DNA of 64,000 bases from Eledone cirrhosa. Taxonomy: Eukaryota. The notes below the pieces were generated by a model. It was not told the origin of the DNA and ran no database searches. It saw only the letters and a list, made by a program, of their open reading frames with translations. The stretch covers positions 5,208,001 through 5,272,000 of the forward strand of contig OZ024749.1 in NCBI GenBank assembly GCA_964016885.1, given 5' to 3'. This document shows positions 1 to 13,380 of the stretch, one piece after another. How positions within the stretch are numbered: the stretch's first letter is position 1; each line of letters begins with the position of its first letter. A program made the translations under genes and the position numbers.

Positions 1-185
1 ACTATATTTAATTTCGGCCATCTCTAATAGAATCAACTCTGAGACTACCCGAAAATTCTATGGTATTATTTGTAGTAGTCAGATAGAGAGGGTGTCTTGA
101 AGCTGGTCTTGAACAAATCTTGCAAGATCAAAGGAAAGGAGGATAAACAAAGACCGGGGATTATCTGGTTGTTTCCTCTTCATAC

Positions 186-293
186 TTGTCACCGTCAAGA
201 CCTCAGACGTACTCTGATAGTACTGCCGAACCCCTCCACAAGATCGGAACGTCAGCTGCCTGTCTGAGGAAGGAGCCCCGTGAGGAGGGGTGG
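186..293 (-). other. Candidate internal coding exon (108 nt, phase 1-1), possibly the C-terminal part of a CUB-like domain
   Basis: Minus strand reads aaatacAG|...gtgacaa|GTATGA; GC-richer than flanks; open frame TPPHGAPSSDRQLTFRSCGGVRQYYQSTSEVLTVT, whose CG..x..ST..LTV spacing loosely resembles CUB domains. Confidence 0.3.
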
Positions 294-2244
294 CTGTATT
301 TGGTTGGTATAAGTTATCTAACTACCACATTAAAACTATCATCTGACTACCATCTGACTTGCGACTGCCTTTAGCAGAATCTACACCTTTGTATACATTG
401 GGACCAGGTCTCCAGTATGATTATGTCTTCCCTCCTTACTTCTCTCCGAGGCATTAAGAAGTGACATGGGCACTGCATTATATCCTGCCTAATCGATAAA
501 CAGAATCGAATGTAATAATAATAAGAACAACAACAGCAACAATAGCCTCAGCGTCAGCTACAACGCAATTTTTTCTCCGTCATTACTACACATGTTATTA
601 GTTTAGCGGTAATCATACAATCTGACCGGACACCATTTTTATATTATTATTTTAATGATTTTCATTGGTTAACTATTAAGATTTAAATATTCTGTAACAT
701 ATCAATACTTTATCTTTACTGTGATATCGATAGTATCTCTGTTGATTAGTCAGATTCTTCATCTTGCTAATCTGATATTTCATTTCCTCAAAGGTATTTT
801 AATTATCTCATTAAGAAATGATAGCATCAGAATATTTTATTAACAATTCCAATACCTTATTTTTATTATAATTATTATTTTACTCTTCTCTATTATACCT
901 TGCTTATTTCTTTTAGATTTTATTTTATAAGAAAAAAAATGAATTTTTATAATGTTGATTTTTTTTTTTTTGATTTTTTATTTCTCTGTTTATTTCGCTT
1001 TGTTTATTTTCTTTTCAGATGATTTTATTTTTCGAAAAATCTCCTTTTCTTATAATTCTTTGATTTGTTTTTCTCTCTATTATTATTATAAAGTTTCCTC
1101 TCACTTATTGCATTATTAACTGTTATCATCATTGTATTTTTTATATTTATTTCGTTTAATATGGTTATACTTCATTAGAAACGTCGACATATTCTTCCTG
1201 CCTACGACAAAATGATTTGCAATATTTATTCCGTCTTTTTACGTGTTGAGTTCATATCCCGTCGAAGTTAACCGAGACTTTCCTTATTCTGGACTCTATA
1301 AATTCTCGTTGAAACTGAGGTGATGAAGATTGTTTGCATCCTCACCACCCTGAATAAATTCCTTAATATATGCTTTCAGGGCGGGGGTGTCTACAGGCAG
1401 AAGATAAAACCGTGTATTGCAATGGCTATATTCAACACGTCTGTGTCTCTATACTTGGGGTAAACTTTTCTATTGTCCGCTGGAACAATAAGGGCTACTG
1501 TGGAACTGAGAGCATTTTCTCACATTATTCCGGTTTGAATCACTTTAGCAGCGATGGTATCGGTTGCTGGTATCTACGAAATATGTCCACATGCACACAC
1601 ACTATCACACACTCACACATACACACACATGCACGCTCATTGCCAAAGATTTTTAGTGAACTTGCGTTCATGTAGCATGTTTATCGACAAACAATGAATC
1701 ATGTGACGAAGTTGTTGAAGTAGTTGTCTATGGACAACATGGACTGGAAGAATTAGTGGAGTGCCAGGCGTAATATCCTCCGCTCAGTTTTGCTGATCTT
1801 TGTGCTGTGTGTTCAAATCCTACCGTTCCTCCATTCGGGTCACATATATTGTGTCATCTAGTTTAACATCACCATCTGACCCAGAACCGGAACCTGTATG
1901 TAGAGCCGTAGTACAGATTCTACCTGCAATTCGTACATTCAATGTTTTGTTATATTCTATGACATACTGAACTTGTGAACTATTTTAGGAGTATAATTTT
2001 CTGTTGAATACACATCCACAAGCAGGTTAATTAGGAGAATAGGTTGTTCAGCTGATCGAACATGAGAATTATTATGGTTGAAAACAATGGCTGATCAATA
2101 CATCAATAGTTGACTAAGAATATGATCAATATCGTCACAGTTACCTCTTCGAGACAGATATATTCGGATAAATACACTTAAAGCTACAGACGTACATCTG
2201 CTGTATATATTTTATATTTGTGTCAACAACTACTACTTGTTATA

Positions 2245-2352
2245 TTTCAATCCGAGGTTGACTTTGCCTTTCATCCTTACGGGGTCGATAAAATAAAGTA
2301 CCAGTAATGCACTTGGTAATTGCTGGCCTTGTGACTAAAGTAGAAACAGTTA
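2245..2352 (+). mobile_element. 5'-truncated tRNA-derived SINE (core and tail)
   Basis: gaggttgactttgcctttcatccttacggggtcgataaaataaagtaccagtaatgcac core shared with many copies in the window. Confidence 0.85.
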
Positions 2353-2395
2353 TATATCAATATCATCGTGATATCAGTTAATGACCTAATGATTT

Positions 2396-2550
2396 GTGTA
2401 TGTATGTATGTATGTATGTATGTATGTATGTATGTATGTATGTATGTATGTATGTATGTATGTATGTATGTATGTATGTATGAACGTGTGTGTATGTATG
2501 TATATATGTTTGTATGTATGTATGTATGAATGTATGTGTATGAATGTATT
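2396..2550. repeat. (TATG)n microsatellite
   Basis: Direct reading. Confidence 0.95.
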
Positions 2551-2559
2551 TTTTTGTAG

Positions 2560-2892
2560 AGCGAGAGACTCCTAGTCTTCGGTAAGTCATCTTCCTAGGA
2601 GAAGGTCACTCTGATATAAAACATGCGACTTCGTTTGCATCCAATGGTGTAGACCAGTTCTTCCTTTTGGGCGAATGTATTAGACATTCAGAGATTGGGG
2701 TTGGCCCCGTGCAAAGTATTTCCTCTCTTAAAAAACTTCAAGCACAGGCATCGCTTGATATATGACATTTTTTGTAATGCATGGTATTGCTGGTCAAATG
2801 TCCCTAGCAGGAGTAAAAAGCCACGTCGCTGATGCTTATACTTAAGAATCAAGTGATGGCATTACTTGAAATCGAGTTGCAGCCATCATTAT
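2560..2892 (+). mobile_element. Non-autonomous RTE-related element (5'UTR-like part plus RTE 3' tail)
   Basis: Shares ggagaagg..ctctgatataa, gag.ggg.ttggc and cacaggcat blocks with 53180-53390 and 56690-56880; ends gagttgcagccatcat + (ATGT)n like the RTE ends. Confidence 0.6.
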
Positions 2893-2959
2893 GTATGTAG
2901 GTATATATGTACAAATCTATGTATGTATGTATGTATATGTGTGTGTGTGTAGATGGCTA

Positions 2960-3415
2960 ATGATGGCTGACTGGGAGATAGAAGCTCTTGAAAGAGAAAC
3001 TTGGCGTGGAATGGTGAATGATGGAGTCCAATATTTTGAGGACAGACGCATAGAGCACGAGAATATCACAAGGGATGTGCGTAAGCTATGCTCTGGTGTA
3101 TCTCTCGAAACGATCGGTGTCTCCATTGAATTGAAGTGCCGTGATTGTGGAAAGATTTGCTTCGGAAAATCTGGTCTCAGGAGCCACAGTCGCAGCCATG
3201 TTCAAAGAGAACCAGTGAATTATGATCTCCACGGTGTTGTGAAGGTTCACAGGCAACATGATGCAGGACCTCAAGCCAGGGGGATTCAAAGTTGTTGTCA
3301 GTGTGTGAAGGAGTGCAAGTCGCTAGCATGCTTGAAAAGCCATATCTGAGCGTCACACATCTGAATCTGACAAGCGATTGCAATAATCTTGGCAGAGTTT
3401 GCAGCCATCATGTAG
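2960..3415 (+). mobile_element. RTE-clade LINE 3' fragment with C2H2 zinc fingers
   Basis: WEIEALERETWRGMV...CRDCGKICFGKSGLRSHSRSH...CCQCVKECKSLACLKSHI, homologous to 54755-55588; tail gcagccatcat followed by TA/TG repeat. Confidence 0.8.
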
Positions 3416-4034
3416 ATATATATGTACACATGTATGCATGTATATATGTGCGTATAAACCCGTAATAATTGGAGTCGTTGGCGCATCAAAATATACGGCG
3501 TGTCACAGTTACCTTAAGCCTGATGGAGCCCGTCTCCTTTCCAGGTATGAAGATAATTGGTTAGTGTGAGATAGAGAGTAAGAGAGAGAGAGAGAAGGAG
3601 AATCAATCGACTCCAGTTCTCAAATGTTTATTTTTGATCTACCCTCCCAAATCATGAAAGACAACGTTAACTTAGAAACCGCAAGGAACTAAAATAAACC
3701 CCATAAACGATTCTATCCAACATTCTAACGATGTCGCCAATTTGTAGCTCTATTATAATTTAATAACAACCTGACATCAATAAATTGATATCATAATTTA
3801 ATAGCAATATCATATGACCTGATGATATTATAATTTAATATCAATGTGATTTCCATTGATGGTAGTTAATTTAATAAAATTAGGACCAGTTGGCGGACTT
3901 GAAAATTGCCGGATTATTTGTCTGAATCTTTGTATTTCATGCGACCTTTATCGATTTAAAATTCAAACCCCTGAAGTGGTCAAGATTCCCCTTCATTGTC
4001 TCGGTGTCAATATCTAAAGTACTAGGCTACTTAC

Positions 4035-4151
4035 CACCATAGGCGCTGAGCTGGCTAGCCGCAGATGTGATGCCCGCGGTTGGAGTGGCTTTTCCAGTGC
4101 GCCTCCCTTGCACGTCCGGGGAAACGCCTTCCTTATTCTGTCCGCCGGGTG
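4035..4151 (-). other. Candidate internal coding exon (117 nt)
   Basis: GC/CpG-rich island bounded by cctctcaacAG| and a perfect donor gtg|GTAAGT; open in phase 1 (PGGQNKEGVSPDVQGRRTGKATPTAGITSAASQLSAYG) and phase 0. Confidence 0.45.
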
Positions 4152-4750
4152 CTGTTGAGAGGCCACCAATATGATTGACTGACTTGTCATTTATCAGTCA
4201 GATTATATATATGTAGTTTTACTACATATATATATTAGAAGACTTGAATTAACATTGTATAAAATCAGAAGAGTAGACTAGAACTCATAGACGTATTGAG
4301 TTAAATGCTTCTTTTTAGTTGAAATACCTATCTCTATTCCAGACCAAACTAGGCAATCTTCCGAGATACAAAGGCGAAAGTAAATTCCCGGTAAGTACTA
4401 GATTTGATATGGTAGAATAGTAGAATTGTTAAAGAAAGGGACGGGATATTTTGCTGTATCTGTTCCATATTTTTTTATTTTTTTATTCAAATCCCGCCGA
4501 CTGTGATCACGAAGAGGGTGAAGGTATGATGCTGAAGGGGGTGATCATGAAGGTGGTGATAGTGGCACATCTGCAGCCGGGGGTTGGGGGGTCTCCCCTG
4601 GAAAGTAATTGACCTAAAATGTAAAACACGTTCATAATCGTTCGCAACTAAAAATTGAAATATGTTGTGTCACTTTTTACATTGTTCTAAGTACAATTAC
4701 CGCTTAGATAGTGTTATATCTATGTGATATCAATCGATGATAATCTAATA

Positions 4751-4930
4751 TAATTGTTTCTACTTTTGGCACAAGGCCAGCAATTACACAGTGCATTACT
4801 GGTACTTTATTTTATCGACCTCGTAAGGATGAAAGGCAAAGTCAACACCTCGGCGGGATTTGAACTCAGATCGTAAAGAGACGTAACTATGCTGGAAAGC
4901 ATGGCGTCCGACCCCCCACCGATACTGCAC
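4751..4930 (-). mobile_element. tRNA-derived SINE
   Basis: Reverse complement of the SINE core (ttttatcgacctcgtaaggatgaaaggcaaagtcaac, gggatttgaactcag). Confidence 0.88.
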
Positions 4931-6306
4931 ATCCATGGGATATCAATTGTTCATATTAAACTTGATGTAAACCAGATTTACCTTTTAGGTAAATGCTTTC
5001 CGTGTTCTGAGAGTGGGATTAGCTCCGTGCAAAGCTTTTCCTCACTTAATAAAAGCCGAGGCATTGCTAGATATTTGAATAACAAGCGATAACATTACCC
5101 GATATTGAGTTGCCGCCATCATATATATATATACAGACACACACACGCACAGGTATACACACATACATGTACATACACATACATACACATACACATACAC
5201 ACATACATACACACACACTTACATACATATATACATACATACATAAATATATGAAGAAGGAGGCTCTGTAGTTGCGGGATAAGCTATGCTTTCTTCTTAT
5301 TTTTAAGTATACCTTATCCCGCAACTATATAGCCCCTCTCTTCTTCATATATTTTTATCAAGTTTCGCTGTGACCTGTCTTCTCTTTCTCCCTATCTATG
5401 TTGTTGCTATCAACTGTTCCCCCTCTTTTTTTCTCTCCCTTTCTCTCTCTCACTTTCACTCTCCCTATCTCTCTGCTAACCATCTCACTGTTTCCCTCGC
5501 CTGTCTCTCTAGCAGTCTCTTTCTCACTTACTCTAGCGGGGGTCAGACGTCTTTTTTATAGTCAGCACAATCAAGAACTTAAGTTCAGTTAATTGTTGTT
5601 GACTTTAAGTTTCTCTCTTCCAGTTGCTCACACACACTTCGGTTTGTTGCTTCCCGTTTTTTCGGTATTCTTTCGCTATTCTCTTTTTTTCCCTTTTCCC
5701 TTCTGTTATCCTATATTTTCTTTCTCTCTCTCTCTACTTTTTTCCCCAATAACTTATCTTATTTATTGACGCAGTGGAGCTAGATATCTTGCTTTAATGC
5801 GTAGAAATATCCAGGACCCGCAGCAGAGAACTGATGAAGGACAACTTTCTCCCTTTCATGCTTTCTTCTTATTTTTAAGTATATATATATATATATATAT
5901 AGTAATAATAATAAAATTGAAGACTAAAATCCAAAGAGGGCTCGATAAGGAGAATATATATCAAATATATAAGAACCGTAGAGCAAATATTTATTAAAAT
6001 AACAGACTAAAGTTTAAGCAAAGAATCGCTGCTTTCACCCTTAACGGGATCTTCTGAAACTAATAAAGTCAATCTGTAAACGCAGAATTGGATATTTCAA
6101 AAAACGTTGCAACCGGAGGAAGACAGGAAGACGATACTTTGGTTCGTGGAAACGTTCGCTGGCAAAGAACGGGAAAAAACGAATTATCAGGAGTTTTAGG
6201 TATGTTTTCCTGCTTGGTACGGGTATGTTCTTTGTAGAAATATTCAGATGTTTCTGCATGATGAATATAAGTCAGTAAAATGCTCAACCGAAGGAGCCAA
6301 ATCTGG

Positions 6307-6358
<52 letters not shown>

Positions 6359-7113
6359 GTATATATAAACGGTAATCTACTTTGTAATATCGTGTTTGAA
6401 ATTGTACGTGTTCGCGCACGCACACACCGCACCCACACCCACACACCGTTTCTTACAATAACATGATTTATTACGAAATGCTAATTCCCTTCTTGAGGTC
6501 ATTTATCGAAATTTCCTCTATACTCGACATGAGGATTGGTGAAACTACCCTTTGAATATAATCAGCTGTTATCAATTCCGTGAATGAACACCTCAGTGTC
6601 TTGCTTTCTATTATATTGGCAGTTTTACTAAATCTTCTCATCCTTCTGAGTTTAACTCACGTAAAAATTATACGTTTTTGTAGCAGTCAGCAATGGCGGT
6701 GTAAACAACTGATTTGCTGAATTTAAACAGCCTTTGCAATCAAGGACACTTAATCTCCTGGACGGTCTTAACATGTCTTCTAAAGGAGATGATGTTATTG
6801 TTGTTTACTTCCTTATTAATATGGAAGAAATTTGATAAGATTGTCAAGTTAAATATTCCCAAGTCAATGTATTGTAGACTTTCGTCCTTGAGCGTTAGTG
6901 TAGGCACCACTTAGAGTGTTTTAAGATCCTGCCTAAGGGGTGCTTCTCAAGCAGAATTATTTCATAGAGTTGTGAAGTTAATATGAAGTATTGTCTGATA
7001 TGTAATAAAGTCCTATAATTCCCCAAACGCCGGTACAATGCAATAGAAATATAGGAAGAACAAATGATGTCAAAAGTTACAAAACAATGTAATATTTTCC
7101 ACAGTGTATTTAA

Positions 7114-7323
7114 CCCTTTAGCAATTAAACACGTTGTACCCGGCCAGAATTCTTTCAGCTCTTTCTGTTTAAACCAGCTGTACCAGGATACTCATAATGA
7201 TGTTAAGTTATTCAGCTGAAAATATATATCAAAATGTCATAGATTCGATATTATGTAAGATAATTATGTGAGGTAATTATGAAAATATAGTAGTAAATAT
7301 AGAGTAATGTGAATGTTAAAGGG
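7114..7323. mobile_element. piggyBac-type MITE
   Basis: TTAA|CCCTTTAGCA ... TGTTAAAGGG|TTAA: TTAA target duplication and CCC/GGG termini. Confidence 0.75.
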
Positions 7324-7649
7324 TTAAACGTGGTATTTCAAGGCTATACCTGCTTTTAAGATGTGGAGCTGAAACCTGGCAAAAACTTTACATTGATTTT
7401 TTTTCTACCGCATGGTAACAGTTTTTTTTTTATTTCCTGTCTTTTAATTCTTTATATAATATTGAATATAAAAGTAAAAGACTACACCTACATATAGAGT
7501 GCAGTCCTCTATAAACGGTAAAACACACAGTATGTCCGCTCTCTAAATGGTTTAGTTTCGGGGACTTTAAGATAACCATCATTAGGCATACTGTTAATGT
7601 TGTTGATGGCGAAAACTACGAAATTGATGCTGGTTTTCACCGCTTCTAT

Positions 7650-8074
7650 CACTACCATCACCATCATCATCATCATCATCTTGATCATCATCATCATCAT
7701 TATCGTCAGTATTTTAATATTATCCCCACCGATATCACCACCACAGCCATCTTCACCGCCATCTTCATTATCAATACCATTACGATTTTTCCCATCCAAA
7801 CCTCACCATTGTCGTTCTCATCAACATCACCATCACCACAACCCTCATCATCGCCACCATCACCACTACAACCATCATCACCACCACCATCACCACTACA
7901 ACCATCATCATTGCCATCATCACCATCAACACAAATACGAAGATCCTTACCACCATTACGACGGTCACCACCACAACCATCATCATCATCATCACCGTCA
8001 TCACTATCAGCGCCAATACCAAGATCATTACCACCATTATCACCGTCACCACCACAACCATAATCCTCACCACC

Positions 8075-8106
<32 letters not shown>

Positions 8107-8200
8107 AATCACCACCGCCACCACTAACTCCAACACCACCACCATCACCACCACCACCACCACCACCACCATCATCATAACCACCATCATCACCATCAAG
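7650..8200. repeat. Degenerate (CAT)/(CAC) trinucleotide low-complexity tract
   Basis: Direct reading. Confidence 0.9.
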
Positions 8201-9196
8201 ACACACGACTTTATAATTACACAGAAATGTGTAAAATCAGAAATAGATTTCTACAGTACACAAAATAAAAAAAAAAATAACAAATAAAAACATTTCAAAC
8301 TGCAGAAAATAAATAAATAAAAGAAAAGAGAAACGGCCAGAGTAGGACAGAGTGTAAGAGAAAGAAGAAGAACAATAATAATAATGATAATAATAATAAT
8401 GAGAAGGAGAAGAAAAGCAACCATAATGATGATGATGATGATGATAAGAAGAAGAATAGGGAAGAAGAAGAAAAGCAACGATAATGACAATGGTGATGAT
8501 GATAATAGTAGGAAGAAGAAGATTAGGAAGGTGAAGAAGATGAATACGAAGAATATTAGGAAGAAAAGCAACCATGATGATGAAGAGAAGAAGCCGAAGC
8601 AGAAGATTAGGAAGACAGTTGGTTCCAGGACCAATACCTAATTGATTGAACTGTTAAAACTTTGACAGCGAAATTATACCTTTATTTCCTCTAATTTTAC
8701 AGATTTGTCAGTTTTATGTGTATTCACGCCGATACGGCAGTAATCTCAAGAATTATAGGCCATTTTCGACGAGAACCTAAAGGAAATTGCCTTTCTATAT
8801 CCCGTTTCCATTATTATTTTATTATTTTAAAAAGAATAAGTCCGTAGACTGCGGCCATGCTTTGAGCACCGCCTTGAAGGGATTTAGTTGATGATATCCA
8901 TACCCAAACCAATCATTTCTTTATCTACATCAGACCTGTTACTCATTCTATGCTATCTGTAATCCAGTGAAATCGATATGATGTGACCACTGAAAGGAGG
9001 GGAAAGGGCTACGCCAACATTAGAGTGATACTTTCTTTGTCAAACCCGAAATGGGGAAACGCAAAATAGATCTTCATAGGATGTGAACAGAGAGAGCAGG
9101 ATGTCGAAACAACTATCCATCACTCGAACGACTATATAATCAATTATATTAATATATCACTATACTATAAAACATTTTCTGTTGGTCCACAACCTA

Positions 9197-9350
9197 AGGC
9201 GGTGAATTGGCAGAGTTGTTAGAACGTCGGATAGAATGTTTTGTGGTATTCCTTCAGTCTCTTTGATCTCTAATTTCAAATCTCACCGAGATCAAGTTTG
9301 CCTTTCATCAATTCGAGGTCGATGAAAATAAAGTACCAGTGTAGTACTGT
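9197..9350 (+). mobile_element. Diverged tRNA-derived SINE
   Basis: ggcggtgaattggcagag head; ttcaaatc B-box remnant; tttgcctttcatca..gaggtcgatgaaaataaagtaccag core. Confidence 0.8.
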
Positions 9351-9712
9351 ATTTGATTCTTCCTCTTTATCTCTTTCTCACTTCCTTTCCCTCACTATTT
9401 ATCCTTCTCTGGAAGATATCTGCTGTGACTATGGTGGTCCTATGACGCTCTTGGGAGTTCCGGTATGTTACAGGCATGATTAGAATTATATATGTTCATT
9501 AGTGTAAGTATATATGTCAAATCATGTGAAGAGTAGTTAGAACGTTGGGTAGTGACCTTGTGGTTTTCTTTACCGCTACCGCCCTCTGTACTCCGAGTTC
9601 AAAACACGTCGAGGTCACCTTTACTTTTCGAAATTCTTAAAATAGTACCAGTTCCTTAGTGTAGTCAATTCTTCTCCTTATCTGTTTCTCACTTTTTCTC
9701 TATCGCGCGCGC

Positions 9713-9804
<92 letters not shown>

Positions 9805-10685
9805 TGTTTTCTTGTTTTCTCTATCACAACCACAAACTGACACTCACATAAAACACACACACGCTGTCTTTCTTGTTATCTCTCTATGGCACGCATACAC
9901 ACACATACACGCACACAGATACACTCCACTCGTCTTTCTTCTTTTTCCTCTTCTTCTCCAGAAGAAATCGGTGAAGAGATTAAGAAACCTGAATAAGGTA
10001 CAGGTTTTACCAGGTAGAAAACGCATATGATTCGCTGTATGTCACTTTGGCCCCTATAGATTTACCCGCCCTTACCTACATATATACTTTTTATTTACAA
10101 CTACGTCCAAGCCTGATTTTGATAGTTAGATTGGTAGAATGGCAAAATAAGTAGAGAGATTAGCAGTTTAGATCTGTTTACGTATTAATGCAATGTGGTA
10201 TTATATCTTTTATTTTTCATAGTTCTTAAAAATATGCGTGCAGGATTGTTACCATAATTCCTGAAGGACTCGTATGGGCGCCATATTAACGTACGTCGTT
10301 TCTATGGCATTGTCTTTAAACCTGATGGAGCTCATTTCTTCTCCAGGTCTAAATACAGTAGATACCTTCCAGGCAAAGATAGAGTGCAATAGTGAGGAAG
10401 TGAGAAAGAGATATAAAGAAAGAATCGACCTCAGTACTTGACTAGTTTATGTTTTCGACCTCGAAAGTCAAAGTCGACCACGGCAGGATTTGAGAGGTGA
10501 GAGCCAAAACAAATACTGCAAGGGATCCTACAAGACGCTCTACCAGTTCCCTGCCTGAAAATAAAATATAACGTGTATCAAATACTCCTGTGTCAATTTT
10601 ACCTTCCGTCATGTCAGAGTCAATAAGTGTCATCTGGAGGCCATAGATCCATGGCATCAGGTCGTTAGTATAAGCCTCAACGAGA

Positions 10686-12583
10686 TGCCATTCTGGAGGT
10701 GATACCTGTGATGTTTCACCGACAGTCTGCCGCCATTCTGGAGGTGATAGCTGTGATGTTTCACCGACAGTCTGCCGCCATTCTGGAGGTGATAGCTGTG
10801 ATGTTTCACCGACAGTCTGCCGCCATTCTGGAGGTGATAGCTGTGATATTGCAGAGACAGTCTGCAACCAATCTGGGGGTGATAGCTCTGATGTTACACA
10901 GACACCATGCCACCATTCTCGAGGTAATAGCTCTGGTGTTGCCCAAACACTCTGCCACCATTCTGGGGGTGATAGCCCTGATGTTACACAGACACCCTGC
11001 ACCCATTCTCGAAGTAATAGCTCTAGTGTTGCCCAAACACTCTGCCATCATTCTGGAGGTGATAGCTCTGAGGTTTCCCAGACACCCTGCACCCATTCTC
11101 GAAGTAATAGCTCTGGTGTTGCCCAAACACTCTGCCACCATTCTGGGGGTGATAGCCCTGATGTTACACAGACACCCTGCACCCATTCTCGAAGTAATAG
11201 CTCTAGTGTTGCCCAAACACTCTGCCATCATTCTGGAGGTGATAGCTCTGAGGTTTCCCAGACACCCTGCACCCATTCTCGAAGTAATAGCTCTGGTGTT
11301 GCCCAAACACTCTGCCACCATTCTGGGGGTGATAGCCCTGATGTTACACAGACACCCTGCACCCATTCTCGAAGTAATAGCTCTAGTGTTGCCCAAACAC
11401 TCTGCCATCATTCTGGAGGTGATAGCTCTGAGGTTTCCCAGACACCCTGCACCCATTCTCGAAGTAATAGCTCTGGTGTTGCCCAAACACTCTGCCACCA
11501 TTCTGGGGGTGATAGCCCTGATGTTACACAGACACCCTGCACCCATTCTCGAAGTAATAGCTCTAGTGTTGCCCAAACACTCTGCCATCATTCTGGAGGT
11601 GATAGCTCTGAGGTTTCCCAGACACCCTGCACCCATTCTCGAAGTAATAGCTCTGGTGTTGCCCAAACACTCTGCCACCATTCTGGGGGTGATAGCCCTG
11701 ATGTTACACAGACACCCTGCACCCATTCTCGAAGTAATAGCTCTAGTGTTGCCCAAACACTCTGCCATCATTCTGGAGGTGATAGCTCTGAGGTTTCCCA
11801 GACACCCTGCACCCATTCTCGAAGTAATAGCTCTGGTGTTGCCCAAACACTCTGCCACCATTCTGGGGGTGATAGCCCTGATGTTACACAGACACCCTGC
11901 ACCCATTCTCGAAGTAATAGCTCTGATGTTGCCCAAGCACTCTGCCATCATTCTGGAGGTGATAGCTCTGAGGTTTCCCAGACACCCTGCACCCATTCTC
12001 GAAGTAATAGCTCTGGTGTTGCCCAAACACTCTGCCACCATTCTGGGGGTGATAGCCCTGATGTTACACAGACACCCTGCACCCATTCTCGAAGTAATAG
12101 CTCTAGTGTTGCCCAAACACTCTGCCACCATTCTGGGGGTGATAGCTCTGAGGTTTCCCAGACACCCTGCACCCATTCTCGAAGTAATAGCTCTAGTGTT
12201 GCCCAAACACTCTGCCACCATTCTGGGGGTGATAGCCCTGATGTTACACAGACACCCTGCACCCATTCTGGCGTGATAGTTCTGATGTTGCACATACACC
12301 CTACCGCCATTCTGGAGAGGATATCTCGAATGTTACACAGACAATCTGCCACCATTCTGGGGGTAATAGCTCTGATGTTACACAGACACCCTGCCACCAT
12401 TCTGGGGGTGATAGCTCTGATGTTGCCCAGACACTCTGCCGCCATTCTGGGGGTGATAGCTCTGATGTTGCCCAGACACTCTGCCGCCATTCTGGAGAGG
12501 ATATCTCTAATGTTACACAGACAATCTGCCACCATTATGGGGGTGATAGCTCTGATGTTGCTCAGATATTCTGCCGCCGCCAT
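10686..12583. repeat. 45-bp minisatellite (~42 units) with a 180-bp (4x45) higher-order repeat, ~7.5 copies at 10921-12270
   Basis: Unit e.g. gaagtaatagctctggtgttgcccaaacactctgccaccattctg; sequence repeats identically every 180 bp over 11101-11820; ORFs 10699-12276(+) and 10806-12299(-). Confidence 0.95.
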
Positions 12584-13380
12584 TGAGTAGTGGAACCTAT
12601 TTAGCATTTACCGTTAAATTTCTTCTGGAAATATGTTGTATGTGGATGTTGTAGTGTAACTGTGAAGTATACGGTACGATGATGTATTTCCTAATTTCTA
12701 GTTATTTCTAACAGTGAATTTACCGCCTAAATATAGTTTTAACACCCGTTGTTCTTTGGTCGAGAGTGACGAAGAGAAGTTAAGTTAGTTTGTCTCACAG
12801 AAAGTAACATCATATTCTATTTCTTCATCGTCTGCACCTTTAAACCTCACGGCCACTGTATTGATACAACTTGATAGGATTATTTCTGTTAATTTTACCT
12901 TGAGCTATTTAGCTATTTAATTTCTACTAAGATTATTAATAGTACCAGTGTTTCCAAGCTCAAGAAACTTTATTCATTCATAGTCAGGCAGGCAGATTGA
13001 CAGACATACAGCCCGACAGTCATACAGACAGAGAGACAGTAATACACGAAGTCAGACAGACAAAGAAACACGCTGACAGATAGACAGGCAAGCATACAGA
13101 TATATAGACAGATAGACAGGCATAGATATACATACAGTCACAGAACCAGATGACAGAGGTCAAGAGAAACAAAACATTTGCACCTTTAAACCTCACGGCT
13201 ACTGAATTTATAGAAATTGATAGGATTATTTATGTGAAACTTCTTGCAAGCTAATACATACCCACGAAGATCACCAACAGTACCAGTAATTCTGGTTTTC
13301 TAATGGAGGCTCAGGAAATTTGATCATGTATAGTGAGGCAGACAGGCAGAGAGATCGACAGACAGACCGAGAGACTGACA

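Noticed and set aside
1824-1923. Minus-strand exon candidate
   Set aside because: The donor lies within a SINE B-box remnant and its phase is incompatible with neighbouring candidates
7597-8641. His-rich, Gly/Asp-rich and Lys/Arg-rich ORFs
   Set aside because: Open in several frames on both strands because of trinucleotide low complexity; no splice or domain support
11040-11960. Recurrent in-frame TGA in the SPPEW frame as possible selenocysteine
   Set aside because: It replaces TGG (Trp) by a single transition copied with the 180-bp repeat; no SECIS evident
10686-12583. Regular array that could be mistaken for CRISPR
   Set aside because: Contiguous units with no unique spacers, eukaryotic context and no cas genes
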